From contig JBFLZX010000001.1 in the NCBI GenBank assembly GCA_040756075.1, forward strand, positions 28,787 to 92,786: a DNA stretch of 64,000 nucleotides. The letters run 5' to 3'. The notes under the pieces were generated by a model that did not search any database, was not told where the DNA came from, and saw only the letters and a list, made by a program, of their open reading frames with translations. Source of the stretch: Patescibacteria group bacterium (lineage in GTDB: Bacteria > Patescibacteriota > JABMPQ01 > JBFLZX01). Both the position numbers and the translations under genes were made by a program. Shown here in pieces: positions 28,061 to 38,420 of the stretch. Numbering within the stretch: the stretch's first letter is position 1; each line of letters starts with the position of its first letter.

Positions 28061-29508
28061 TCGATTGTCTTCTGATATATCCTAATCCTACAAAGGATAG
28101 TCCTAAAAAAGGCGTAGCTTTAGGTATCTTTTACTGCGGAGCAATGCTTGAGAAGAGCGGTCTTAGTGTAGAGTATTTTGATTCGCGTTTTGATAGTAAT
28201 GAAAAATTGAGAAAAATTATTGATCGCAGAGTGCTATGTGTCGGAATATCTTCTATGACCGGTAATCAACTAAGAGAAGCAAAAGAGTTTCTTAAATTTA
28301 TAAAGAATGAGGATGCATCTATTTTTACTATAATGGGCGGTGTTCATCCTTCAATTTTACCTCTTGAGACATTAAGTGATGAATTAGTTGATTTTGTAGT
28401 AATCGGAGAGGGAGAGTTTGTTTTAGTAGATTTGATTCGTCAACTAAAAGGCGATAGACGATTATCGGAAGTCGAAAGTCTTTGTTGGAAAGATGGCAGA
28501 AAATTAATTAAGAATAAAAGGGCTCCATTTATAGATTTAAAAGATTTACCATCCCCATTAACTAAGAAGACAGAAAAGTATTATGTTATATCTGCAAAGA
28601 CAAATAATTTAATTCATCCAACAAGCAGATCTTGTCCGGGTTTTTGCGGGTTTTGTTATAACACTGTAGTTAATAAGAGTCAATGGCGTTCTATGCCTGT
28701 TATGAAATGGGCAAAAGAGTTTAACGAAATGGTAAATTTAGCAAGGTTCTCCCATATGTTTACCGGCGATGATAATATTGGTAGAGATAAAGAGCGTATT
28801 AAAGAAATAGGAGATGTATTTATGGCCAGAGGTGTTACCTGGCATACGAATATTAGACCAGAATATTTAGATGAGGAGTTGATAGGGATCCTAGAGAGGG
28901 GTGGGTGTACTAGTTTGTTATTAGGTTATGAATCTGGTTGTAATAGGATATTGAATACAATAATAAAAAAAGGTTTACCTAATGGTGTTTTAGATTTACG
29001 AAGATGTGCCGAACTCATTGGTAGAAGTAAAATTAATGCGCTATATAGCTTTATGAGCAATCTTCCTACCGAAACCTGGGGTGAATTAAAGGAAAGTATG
29101 GATTTAGCAGATTATATAAAAAAAGTGGATAAAAAATGCAGAATTAGTTTTTATGTTTATGGTCCATATCCCGGTACGCCGATGTATCATATGGCTTTAA
29201 GGCAAGGCTTTAGAGAGCCTAGAAGTATAGAAGAGTGGGGAACTATTTGTTTGACTTACGCCGCAAATGCCTTAGTTGAAAATTTGCATTATATAGCTTC
29301 ATTAAATTTTAGGGGAGGCAAAGGCGATAATACTTCTATTAATTTTCCCGGTTTAAAAAGATTACTTTTATTGCCTTTTGAGTTATCGGCAAAATTAAGA
29401 TGGAAATTAAGATTTTTTAGGCTGTTCAATCTAGAAAAACGAATCGTAAAATACCTTTTTGGCTGGGCAGCAGCACGTATAGATAGATTGCATAAATATA
29501 ATATTTAA
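28057..29508 (+). CDS. Cobalamin-binding radical SAM protein
   Basis: GISSMTGNQ, MGGVHPS, IGEGE, SRSCPGFCGFC, DDN, GYESG, PYPGT. Confidence 0.88.
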   Translation: MIDCLLIYPNPTKDSPKKGVALGIFYCGAMLEKSGLSVEYFDSRFDSNEKLRKIIDRRVLCVGISSMTGNQLREAKEFLKFIKNEDASIFTIMGGVHPSILPLETLSDELVDFVVIGEGEFVLVDLIRQLKGDRRLSEVESLCWKDGRKLIKNKRAPFIDLKDLPSPLTKKTEKYYVISAKTNNLIHPTSRSCPGFCGFCYNTVVNKSQWRSMPVMKWAKEFNEMVNLARFSHMFTGDDNIGRDKERIKEIGDVFMARGVTWHTNIRPEYLDEELIGILERGGCTSLLLGYESGCNRILNTIIKKGLPNGVLDLRRCAELIGRSKINALYSFMSNLPTETWGELKESMDLADYIKKVDKKCRISFYVYGPYPGTPMYHMALRQGFREPRSIEEWGTICLTYAANALVENLHYIASLNFRGGKGDNTSINFPGLKRLLLLPFELSAKLRWKLRFFRLFNLEKRIVKYLFGWAAARIDRLHKYNI

Positions 29509-29515
29509 TATAAAA

Positions 29516-31051
29516 ATGACAAATACAGTTTTAGTCAGAGTAGATAGTAACTATCATGTAGGTATGGGGCATATTATGAGATGTGTTGCTTTAGCGCATG
29601 AGTTCAAACGGAGAGGAATAAAGCCTACTTTTCTAATTAAGAATTATAAAGAAGCTAAATTTATTCTAGATAAAAATTCTATGGATTATCTTTGTTTACC
29701 TAAAATAATCAGTATGGAAAAAGAAGTAGAATTTATTAATCAGTCTGCCAAAGATGCTAATACTAGAATCTTAGCAATAGATTTGAAAAAAATACCAGCT
29801 TTATACATTCAAGCTTTAAAAAATAAAGGATTTTTTCTTATATGTTTTTCTGATTTTGAAAAAATAAGGAAGAGCGCCGCGGACCTTATAATAGCCGGAG
29901 AATCTTATTATAAAAATAAAGAGGAAGGCATAGTTCGTGGTTTAGATTATATAATCACCGGAAGAACATCAATAAGATATAATAAGCGAAAAAAAATAAT
30001 TAATAAGGTTAAAAGGATTCTTTTAAGTTTTGGCGGGGGAGATAATGGCGGGGTATTTATAAAGGTCTTAAGGGCCTTAGAGAAATCTAGACATAGATTA
30101 GAATTCAATTTAATTGTTGGCGCAACATTTAAACGCCATTCTTTGCTAAAAAAAATTATTAATAAGACAAAATTAAATTTAAATATTATTGAAAATACTA
30201 ATTCAATGGCTAAATATTTATATAATACGGATGTTGCTTTTATATCTGGAGGGGCAACAAAATATGAAGCTGCGTGCATAGGGACACCATCTTTTATCAT
30301 AGCACAAGATAACAGGCAGTTTAAATATTCAAGAAGGTTTTCTGAATTGACAAAGGCAGCTATATGTTTAGGTAGGCATAATAAATTGAAAGTTAGGAAT
30401 ATTCATAAACAGGTCGACCCCCTTTTTTGTAATAAACAATTACTTAGAAAGATGAGTGATGCCGGTAAGCTTAGCGTCGATGGATTAGGTGCTAGGCGAA
30501 TAGTAGATAGGATATTATATTTACAATCTAAAATATTATATCCAAGCATCTCTCTGCGATTGGCGACAAGAAAAGACCTGCCATTATTATTGAAGTGGTT
30601 CAATGATCCAGAGTTAAGGCAATTTTCTATTACTTCCAAGAAAATAACATTAACTCAACATAGAAAATGGTTTACTAGTTTAAATAAAAGAAAAAATAAA
30701 ATATTTGCCGTTGATTTGAATGGGCAACATATAGGCACAGCGGCATTAAGGAATATTGACTCAAAAAATAGACAGGCTGAGTTAGCTATAGAGATAGGTG
30801 AAAAAGAGTATTGGGGTAAAGGTTACGGTACATTAATCATAAAACAACTTTTAGAATACGGATTCAATAAGCTTAATTTAAGATCGGTTTACCTTTCAGT
30901 TTTTTCCAAAAACAACAGAGCGGTTAATTTATATAAGAAGATCGGTTTTAGTCTTAATCAAAGTGAAAAAAAAATTATAAATAAAGACGGTAAGCGCATA
31001 GAGCTATCTCGAATGAATTTGGACAATAAAGAATATTTTAGGCGGAAATGA
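29516..31051 (+). CDS. pseG: PseG (UDP-sugar hydrolase) - PseH (GNAT acyltransferase) fusion
   Basis: RVDSNYHVGMGHIMRCVALA, ILLSFGGGD, SGGATKYE, VDGLGARRI; then GNAT domain LRLAT, HRKWF, YWGKGYG, NNRAVNLYKKIGF. Confidence 0.85.
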   Translation: MTNTVLVRVDSNYHVGMGHIMRCVALAHEFKRRGIKPTFLIKNYKEAKFILDKNSMDYLCLPKIISMEKEVEFINQSAKDANTRILAIDLKKIPALYIQALKNKGFFLICFSDFEKIRKSAADLIIAGESYYKNKEEGIVRGLDYIITGRTSIRYNKRKKIINKVKRILLSFGGGDNGGVFIKVLRALEKSRHRLEFNLIVGATFKRHSLLKKIINKTKLNLNIIENTNSMAKYLYNTDVAFISGGATKYEAACIGTPSFIIAQDNRQFKYSRRFSELTKAAICLGRHNKLKVRNIHKQVDPLFCNKQLLRKMSDAGKLSVDGLGARRIVDRILYLQSKILYPSISLRLATRKDLPLLLKWFNDPELRQFSITSKKITLTQHRKWFTSLNKRKNKIFAVDLNGQHIGTAALRNIDSKNRQAELAIEIGEKEYWGKGYGTLIIKQLLEYGFNKLNLRSVYLSVFSKNNRAVNLYKKIGFSLNQSEKKIINKDGKRIELSRMNLDNKEYFRRK

Positions 31052-31785
31052 ATATGCATATATTATCAGCCCATCAACCAGCTTATTTGCCATGGCTAGG
31101 CTTATTTCATAAAATTGCTATTTCTGATACATTTGTAGTTTTTGATACCGTGCAATATTTAAACGAAGACTTCAATCATAGAAATAGAATCAAGATTCCA
31201 TTTGGTTCAATGTGGCTTACTGTTCCTGTTGTAACTAAGGGAAGATTTCCTTTATTATTAAGGGATGCCCAAATAGACAACTCTAAACCTTGGCAAAAAA
31301 AACATCTAAAATCTATTATGCAAAGATACAGCAAGGCCCCTTATTTTAAAGACTATATAAGATTTTTCGAAGAGCTTTATAGTAAAAAATGGGATATGTT
31401 AGTTCCTCTATGCGACACAATATTTAAGTATTTATTAAAAGAGATGAGAATTCATACAAAAATTATTTATGCCCATCAATATAAATTTCAAGGCAAGAAG
31501 TCGGATTTAATTCTTGATATGTGTAAACAACTAGATGCGGATCTATTTATTTTTGGCGAAATGGGGCAGGATTATGCCAAAAAGGAAGAGTATCATAAAA
31601 ATAGAATTATTCCTTATTTTCAAAAATATAATCATCCCATATATCCACAACTATATGGAAAGTTTATTCCTAATTTATCGACTATTGATTTACTTTTTAA
31701 TTGTGGAAGTAGGAGCTTAGAAATCATCATGCAAGGAAATATAACAAGAGAAGATTTAATGAAATTTTATACTACAGAAAGATAA
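31048..31785 (+). CDS. WbqC-family protein (putative aminoacyl/glycyl transferase)
   Basis: HQPAYLPWLGLF, FDTVQY, RNRI, WLTVPV, YSKAPYF, YPQLYGKFIPNLSTIDLLFN. Confidence 0.88.
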   Translation: MNMHILSAHQPAYLPWLGLFHKIAISDTFVVFDTVQYLNEDFNHRNRIKIPFGSMWLTVPVVTKGRFPLLLRDAQIDNSKPWQKKHLKSIMQRYSKAPYFKDYIRFFEELYSKKWDMLVPLCDTIFKYLLKEMRIHTKIIYAHQYKFQGKKSDLILDMCKQLDADLFIFGEMGQDYAKKEEYHKNRIIPYFQKYNHPIYPQLYGKFIPNLSTIDLLFNCGSRSLEIIMQGNITREDLMKFYTTER

Positions 31786-31795
31786 GGAGAAACCG

Positions 31796-32488
31796 ATGGC
31801 TATTAATAATAGAATACTAGTTGTTGTAGCGCATCCAGATGATGAAGCGCTTGGCTGTGGAGGTGTTATTTCTAAGCATGCCGAAAAGGGAGATGATGTT
31901 TTTATCATATTTTTAGGGGAGGGGTTGGCAGCTAGGTACAAGGATTGCAAGACTCCATCAAAAAGAATATTAAATCTTCATAGAATGCAATCAAGAAAAG
32001 CAGCAGATATACTTGGAGCAAAGAGAGTATATTTTTTTAATCTGCCCGATAACGCTTTTGATTCTGTTAGGCTTTTAAAAATTATCAAGATAATAGAAAA
32101 AATAAAAAGAGACGTAAAACCGAACATTATTTATACACATTACTGCGGAGATTTAAATATCGATCATAGAATAACTCATCAGGCCGTTCTTACTGCTTCA
32201 AGACCTTTGGTTTCTGAAACCGTTAAAAATATTTATACCTTTGAAGTATTATCTTCTACTGAATGGGCCAATAATCAAAACGAAAGCTTTAAGCCAAACG
32301 TTTATATAGATATTTCGAGCCAACTGAGTAAAAAAATAAAGGCCTGCGAATGCTATAAAACAGAGATTAAAGAATGGCCTCATCCAAGAAGTAGGAAAGG
32401 GATTGAGATTTTAGCGCATAAAAGAGGCTTAGAGGTTAGTTTAAAACATGCCGAAGCATTTATGTTGATACGGAGTATAGGAGAATAA
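31796..32488 (+). CDS. PIG-L/LmbE-family de-N-acetylase
   Basis: VAHPDDEALGCGG, DLNIDH, FEVLSSTEW, PHPRS, AEAF. Confidence 0.88.
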   Translation: MAINNRILVVVAHPDDEALGCGGVISKHAEKGDDVFIIFLGEGLAARYKDCKTPSKRILNLHRMQSRKAADILGAKRVYFFNLPDNAFDSVRLLKIIKIIEKIKRDVKPNIIYTHYCGDLNIDHRITHQAVLTASRPLVSETVKNIYTFEVLSSTEWANNQNESFKPNVYIDISSQLSKKIKACECYKTEIKEWPHPRSRKGIEILAHKRGLEVSLKHAEAFMLIRSIGE

Positions 32489-32491
32489 TAA

Positions 32492-34330
32492 GTGAATTTA
32501 ATAGTTGTTCCGCCTAAGGTAAATGATTGTATTATTTCGGAGAAAATCAAGGCCCAAGAAAGTTATGTTTTTTTGGCTGATTTTCCTGGACAAATGAAAA
32601 ATTTTAAGATAAGAGGCCTAAATATTTTAAATAAAAGTTATTTTTTATCACAGGCCGAAATACGTTTAGTTGAAAAAAAAGCTGAATTTTTTGCTCAAAA
32701 TTGGTTTAAACAAGGCAAGTGCCAGGATCTATTAAGCTATAGAAATATAAACATAGGAGATGCATGCTATTTATTAATACTGAATTACATAATAAAAGTA
32801 TTAAGAGCAATTTTAATTTCAGAAAAATTAATAAATGATAATTTAGATAAAAAGTTTTTTTTAATAGACGATAAAGGATTTTGGTCAAAAACTTTCCTAG
32901 CAGTTATAAAGAATAAATATATAGAAGCCGAAACATTAGTTAATGGAATAAAAGTTTTTAAAAAAACAATTAATAAAGAAGGCATTAAATCTATCATAAA
33001 AAAAACAATTTTAAGGTTTACAAGATTAAACGTTGTTAATGCTCCTAATTTTAAAAAGGAGAAGATTATATTTTCTTGTGCTTTGAGATTCATAAAAGAT
33101 ATTTGGCAGGAATTAAGCGGCGATTACTCTATGTATTATCTGCGCCCGATATTTTCGTTCGATGCTCATAGAATTGAAAAAGATCACAGAGGTTTATATA
33201 TAAAACATATTCTACCAGAATATTTCATTAGTAATAGAGACAAGAACGAAATTGCTAAGAATGTTGATATAGGGAAAATAGCACAGGGTTTAAGAAGCTA
33301 TTTTTCGCAAAACCAATTTTTTAATTTCAATGAATATGATTTATGGCCTATTATAAATGACGATTTAATTCAGATAATTCAAGAGAATCTTATAGAATGT
33401 ATGGCCCGGATAAATAGTTTTGAATGTATGTTTAGTAGGTTAAATCCGATGCTGATTATTGTTGATGAAGACGATTGTCCTTTTAATAGGGTATTAATAA
33501 GATCTGCGAATCTAAAAAATATTAAAAGTATTCAATTAATCCATGGACTAACAGGAAATAGCTTATCAGAATCCGCAACTATTTCTACAAAAGTTGCTGT
33601 TTCTGGAAATGTTGCTTATAATAGGCTTATTGAGTTTGGCGTAGAAAAAAACATCATCGAAATTATTGGATCTCCTCATTATGAACAAAAATTAAAACAT
33701 AGCAATAAGAATAAGATAAAAAAGACAATATGTGATAAATTAAGATTTTTGTCAGATCCTGTTTTAGTAACGTTGGCATTACAACAGTTTTATAGTGATG
33801 ATAGAGTTACTCTCGCGCGTTTTCTAGAAGCAGATTTTATGGAGAAGATGCTACGGATCAGTATTGCAACATCAAAAAAAATTAAAAACATTAAATTGAT
33901 TATAAAATTACACCCCGGAGAAATACATGAATGGTTTGTTGATGATATTATTCGTTCTGAAAAAGCTAGGCATTTGGTAGCAGTTGTTAAGGAATACGAT
34001 ATCATGGATCTTTTATCTGCAAGTACGCTTGTTTTGACTTCCGGATCAACCGTATATACAGAATGTTTACTTACGGCTACGCCGGTATTATTATTTGATG
34101 ATAGCAGGGAAAGATCGTTAGATTTTTTAAGTACAGATTACTTGGATATTAATAATATGCATTTATCTGTTAGGCAGATTCAGAATATGATAGAAAGTTG
34201 TGAATTAAGAAATGACAAGTTATTATTCCAAAAGCAAGAATTAAAAACGCATTTTTTGAATAATAACGATGGCGCGCTTTATAATTTTAAACAATTAGTG
34301 CGGAATATGAGTAATCGGTCTTATGATTAA
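32492..34330 (+). CDS. Putative GT-B CMP-nonulosonate transferase (TagF/KpsS/DUF354-like)
   Basis: IQLIHG, IIGSPHYE, IIKLHPGE (HP motif), SGSTVYTECLL; located after the NulO pathway. Function inferred from context. Confidence 0.5.
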   Translation: MNLIVVPPKVNDCIISEKIKAQESYVFLADFPGQMKNFKIRGLNILNKSYFLSQAEIRLVEKKAEFFAQNWFKQGKCQDLLSYRNINIGDACYLLILNYIIKVLRAILISEKLINDNLDKKFFLIDDKGFWSKTFLAVIKNKYIEAETLVNGIKVFKKTINKEGIKSIIKKTILRFTRLNVVNAPNFKKEKIIFSCALRFIKDIWQELSGDYSMYYLRPIFSFDAHRIEKDHRGLYIKHILPEYFISNRDKNEIAKNVDIGKIAQGLRSYFSQNQFFNFNEYDLWPIINDDLIQIIQENLIECMARINSFECMFSRLNPMLIIVDEDDCPFNRVLIRSANLKNIKSIQLIHGLTGNSLSESATISTKVAVSGNVAYNRLIEFGVEKNIIEIIGSPHYEQKLKHSNKNKIKKTICDKLRFLSDPVLVTLALQQFYSDDRVTLARFLEADFMEKMLRISIATSKKIKNIKLIIKLHPGEIHEWFVDDIIRSEKARHLVAVVKEYDIMDLLSASTLVLTSGSTVYTECLLTATPVLLFDDSRERSLDFLSTDYLDINNMHLSVRQIQNMIESCELRNDKLLFQKQELKTHFLNNNDGALYNFKQLVRNMSNRSYD

Positions 34331-34344
34331 CGCAGGGGGGCGTT

Positions 34345-35127
34345 ATGAAAATAAAAGAACTTTATTCATTGAAAGATAAAACAGCCATTATTACGGGCGG
34401 AGGCGGTAAAGTTGGTAAGTTTATAGTACGGGGCTTATGGGAGGCTGGTGCAAAATGCATTATTTTAAGTAGAAAAAAAGCGAATGCCTCTGATTTATTA
34501 AAAGAGGCAAAACTAAATGGTTACTCTTTATCTTTTTTAGCCTGTGATATTACAAAAGAGAAAGACCTTATAAAAATTAGTAAAAAATTAGCAAAAAATA
34601 AAAATATTAAAATATTAATTAATAATGCAGTTTATACTATAAGCAAAAATATTGAAAGCTTAACATATCAAGATTGGCAGAAAACATATGAGGTTAATCT
34701 TTTAGGGGGATTTCTTTGTGTGAAACATATCGGTCAATTAATTAAAAAAAACGGAGGCGGGAGCATAATTAACATAGGTTCTCATTATGGTTGTATTTCT
34801 TGTGATGAACGCATATATCGTAATAAGAATATAGCAAGCTCTTTATCATATGCAACTACAAAATCTGGAATTTTAAATTTTACACGTTATATCGCTACGC
34901 ACTGGGCAAAATATAAGATTAGGTGCAATACAATTTCTCCAGGAGGCTTTCAGGACAAAAATAATAACGATTATTATTTTAGAAGAGAGTATAAAAAAAG
35001 AGTTCCTCTTGGCAGAATGGCTTTCGAAGATGATATCAAGGGCGTAGCAGTATTTTTAGCTTCGGAAGCCTCGCAATATATTACTGGGCAAAATATTATT
35101 GTTGATGGCGGATGGACTGCTTGGTAA
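34345..35127 (+). CDS. Classical short-chain dehydrogenase/reductase (PtmA-like)
   Basis: ITGGGGKVG, LINNA, IINIGSHYG, YATTK (YxxxK), NTISPGG, YITGQNIIVDGGWTAW. Confidence 0.88.
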   Translation: MKIKELYSLKDKTAIITGGGGKVGKFIVRGLWEAGAKCIILSRKKANASDLLKEAKLNGYSLSFLACDITKEKDLIKISKKLAKNKNIKILINNAVYTISKNIESLTYQDWQKTYEVNLLGGFLCVKHIGQLIKKNGGGSIINIGSHYGCISCDERIYRNKNIASSLSYATTKSGILNFTRYIATHWAKYKIRCNTISPGGFQDKNNNDYYFRREYKKRVPLGRMAFEDDIKGVAVFLASEASQYITGQNIIVDGGWTAW

Positions 35128-35153
35128 AAATAGCTTAATAGGTAAGGATCTTT

Positions 35154-36098
35154 ATGAGATATAGAATTTTAGGTAAAACAGGTTTTAAAATTTCAGAAAT
35201 TTCTTTAGGGACTGTTGAGCTTGCACAAGATTACGGATTGTCTAAAGCTCCATCACGAAAAGACGCAGTAAATCTTATAAAATATGCTTTAGATAATGGG
35301 ATTAATTTTATTGATACTGCCAGGGCATATGATCCTGCGGAAGATATTATTGGTGAAGCTATCAGAGATAGGAAGGCTAATCGTCCCATAGTAGCTACTA
35401 AATTAGAATATTTTTTTAATGATGAATTAGGCGAGAAAGAACTGTTTAAGTTTTATAAAAAATCTATAGAGACTTCTTTGGATAGGCTAGGGGTAGATAT
35501 TATTGATATCCTAAAGCTGCATCAGACCGATAAAAATACTTTAAAGATTCCTGGATTACTTGAAGTATTAAGAAAGTTAAAAAAAGACCAAAGGATTAAG
35601 TTTTTAGGTGTGTCTATTTCTGATGTAAGTACTGCTAGAGAACTTATTAACAGTGATATTTTCGATGTAATACAAGTTGCTTTTAATGTATTCGATCAAA
35701 GATTGGAAAAGGAAATTATATATGCATCTTTAGAAAAAAAAATCGGTGTTATTGTGCGTTCAGCTTTTATGAGAGGAATCATTCCTTGTCCATTTGAGAA
35801 AGTTCCTTCTTTGCTTGTTTCTTTGATTCCTTACAAAGAACGCTTAAATTCGATATCAAATAGTATTAATGTTGAACCATATGAGGCCGCTTTATGTTTT
35901 CCTCTTACATTAAATGAGGTATCTACAACTATCGTAGGGATGGAAAATATAAGCTTATTAAGAAAAAATATCGAAGCAGTTAATAAATTCGATATTGTAT
36001 TAAATAATATTTATGAATTTAAAAATATGGCTATAGATAATGAATTTTTAATTACGCCAGCATTATGGGATGCTGCGTCAACAAAGGCTAAGGGATAG
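35154..36098 (+). CDS. Aldo/keto reductase
   Basis: LGKTGFKISEISLGT, GINFIDTARAY, VATK, SLDRLGVDIID, LH, LGVS. Confidence 0.88.
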   Translation: MRYRILGKTGFKISEISLGTVELAQDYGLSKAPSRKDAVNLIKYALDNGINFIDTARAYDPAEDIIGEAIRDRKANRPIVATKLEYFFNDELGEKELFKFYKKSIETSLDRLGVDIIDILKLHQTDKNTLKIPGLLEVLRKLKKDQRIKFLGVSISDVSTARELINSDIFDVIQVAFNVFDQRLEKEIIYASLEKKIGVIVRSAFMRGIIPCPFEKVPSLLVSLIPYKERLNSISNSINVEPYEAALCFPLTLNEVSTTIVGMENISLLRKNIEAVNKFDIVLNNIYEFKNMAIDNEFLITPALWDAASTKAKG

Positions 36099-36105
36099 TT
36101 TTGTT

Positions 36106-37608
36106 ATGGCACATCATATAAAGAAACAAATTATGAAGGATACTGCTAAATTGACATCTGCTCAATACTTTTCTCAGGGATTAGGTTTCGTTACGTCTAT
36201 AATGATTCGTCGTTATTTAGGGCCATACTTTACAGGCATATGGAGTCTTCTGCGGATTATTTTAGATTATTCTGCTTATAATTCTTTGGGTGTAGATAGA
36301 GCCGCAATGTATAAGATACCATTTTTTATCGGACAGAATAAGCAGGAAGAGGTAAGAGAGATACAGAATTGTAGTTTTAGTTTTATGTTTTTAGCTTCAC
36401 TCCTCACAAGCGTATTGCTTGCTATAATTACAACATTTATAAAACATAGGTATCCTATAGAAGTAGTGGTTGGTTTATATGCGCTTTCTATTATTGCAAT
36501 TGTAGAAAAAATCAGCGCTTTTTTAATCTTATTGCCTAAGGCAGAAGGCGATTTTTCTGTTTTAAGTAAAGCCATAATTTTTGATGCCATTCTTAATATT
36601 ACATTAGTATTTTTACTAGTAAGGCCATTTTTTATATACGGTCTTTATACAATGATGTTTCTTTCAGCAGTAATAAATGCTGTGTTTGTATATAGCCTTA
36701 TAAAATGTAAGGTAAAATTAATCATAGATACTAAAATAATAAAAGGGCTTATAAAATATGGGTTCCCTATCCTTGGAATATCTCTTTTAACTGTTATATT
36801 AAGAAGCGTGGATAGGATTATTATTGCAAAGATGCTTGGCGTGACTTTTGTGGGATATTTTAGCCTAGGAATTATGACAAGAAATTATGCAGAAATTTTT
36901 GCGAGTTTTTCAACGGTATTAAGGCCAAGGATGATGCAGGCCTATGGAAAAGAAGAAAAAATAGAACACATGGAGAAGTTTGTGATTGGTTCATGTGAAA
37001 TTATAGCATTTACCTTGCCGATTATTTTAAGTATTATATATTTTTTAGGGCCGGTATTAGTCAGGCTGCTGTTGCCTAAGTTTATCCCTGGTATTATAGT
37101 TATGCAAATTCTTCTTCTAGATTCTTTTTTCCACTCAACTTATATACAGTCTCAACAATTTATAATTGCAATAGGCAAACAAAAAAAGATAATGGCTATA
37201 ATAACAGGAGTGATTATTTTAAATGGTATATTAGATTACTTTCTTATCAAAATGGGGCTAGGGATTGCAGGAGTTGCTGCGAGCACAGCATTTAGTTCAT
37301 TTTTGAGCTTTATATTAGTACAAATTGTTTCAATGAGATATTTTATGAATAATAAAGATATTATCTTTTTTATCATAAGGGTATTGGTTCCTGTATTTTA
37401 TATAAGCTTAGTATCAATTTTTATAGGGAATATAATTTTAGTGGCTAATCAGGTAATTGATTTATTATTAAAAATTGTTATAGTTCTTACTTCATCTTTG
37501 CCGTTGTTATTCTACTTAAACAGAAGGATTAATTTTATTCCAGTTTTAGTTTCTCTGATAAAAGGAAAATTTGGGATTAAAGACGATAATTACACAGATC
37601 TAATATAG
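36106..37608 (+). CDS. wzx: Wzx/MOP-family oligosaccharide flippase
   Basis: About 14 TMs; RYLGP, KYGFP, VDRIIIAKMLG...VGYFS, GIAGVAAS. Start set at ATG 36106 (track gives 36070). Confidence 0.8.
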   Translation: MAHHIKKQIMKDTAKLTSAQYFSQGLGFVTSIMIRRYLGPYFTGIWSLLRIILDYSAYNSLGVDRAAMYKIPFFIGQNKQEEVREIQNCSFSFMFLASLLTSVLLAIITTFIKHRYPIEVVVGLYALSIIAIVEKISAFLILLPKAEGDFSVLSKAIIFDAILNITLVFLLVRPFFIYGLYTMMFLSAVINAVFVYSLIKCKVKLIIDTKIIKGLIKYGFPILGISLLTVILRSVDRIIIAKMLGVTFVGYFSLGIMTRNYAEIFASFSTVLRPRMMQAYGKEEKIEHMEKFVIGSCEIIAFTLPIILSIIYFLGPVLVRLLLPKFIPGIIVMQILLLDSFFHSTYIQSQQFIIAIGKQKKIMAIITGVIILNGILDYFLIKMGLGIAGVAASTAFSSFLSFILVQIVSMRYFMNNKDIIFFIIRVLVPVFYISLVSIFIGNIILVANQVIDLLLKIVIVLTSSLPLLFYLNRRINFIPVLVSLIKGKFGIKDDNYTDLI

Positions 37609-37669
37609 TTTTTATCCAGTTGTTGAAATATTAAGAATAATAATAGTGTTTGGAAAGGAGTTTTGGATT

Positions 37670-38395
37670 ATGAATTGCGTTCTTATAATGGCTAAAGAGG
37701 GAAGCAGCCTTGCCGGAAAAAATATATGGAATATAAGGGGTAGGACATTGCTTAACTGGCTTATAGATGACGCAAGGAAGTCATCTTTAGTTAATAAGGT
37801 ATTCGTTTCAACGAATGGTAAAGAAACAGCACAGATAGCAGAGAGGGCTAATGTTGAGTTAATTATTAGGAGTGACGATCTTGCAAAAAATGAGAATTTT
37901 CCGCAAGCTGTAGATCATGCTATAAATTATATTAAACAGAAATATGACGATCTTCAAATTATAACTATATCTCAATGCGTCGTTCCTTTTAGGGCCCCAG
38001 ATATATTTGATAGGTGTATTTCTTTTCTTCTGAAAAACAAAAATTATGATTCGGTCGTAACAATTAGAAAGACAGCAGATATTCCGGAAACGATCATGAA
38101 AGAAGAGAATGGATATTTGATGCCATATTTTTCGGAGCATCATGCTAAGTCTTTTTTATCCCGTCAGGATAGCCAGGCCTACGGAATAGATCATGTTATA
38201 GAATGTTTCCGTTATTCTTCATGGTTAAATAGAGAAAAAGGCATAAAACCTTGGTCATATCTTGGCAGAAAAATAAAGGGGATAGAGCAAGATTACCATA
38301 ATCCTAACTGTTTTGTAGATGTGCATACGCTAGATGACATAAGGTGGCTAGAATTTTTAGTCGATAATATTGGTTTTGAAGGAATGAAAAAATAA
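37670..38395 (+). CDS. Divergent acylneuraminate cytidylyltransferase (NeuA/CMAS-like)
   Basis: IMAKEGSSLAGKN (cf. ARxGSKxxxxKN), VFVSTNG, RSDDLA, QCVVPFR, SRQD, VDVHTLDD. ATG 37670 follows GGAAAGGAG (track gives 37646). Confidence 0.75.
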   Translation: MNCVLIMAKEGSSLAGKNIWNIRGRTLLNWLIDDARKSSLVNKVFVSTNGKETAQIAERANVELIIRSDDLAKNENFPQAVDHAINYIKQKYDDLQIITISQCVVPFRAPDIFDRCISFLLKNKNYDSVVTIRKTADIPETIMKEENGYLMPYFSEHHAKSFLSRQDSQAYGIDHVIECFRYSSWLNREKGIKPWSYLGRKIKGIEQDYHNPNCFVDVHTLDDIRWLEFLVDNIGFEGMKK

Positions 38396-38420
38396 ACGAA
38401 ACCACATCGAAGGAGAAAAA

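Noticed and set aside
37609-37669. Possible internal promoter before the NeuA-like gene
   Set aside because: The gap is AT-rich with a good RBS, but has no -35/-10 pair at acceptable spacing.
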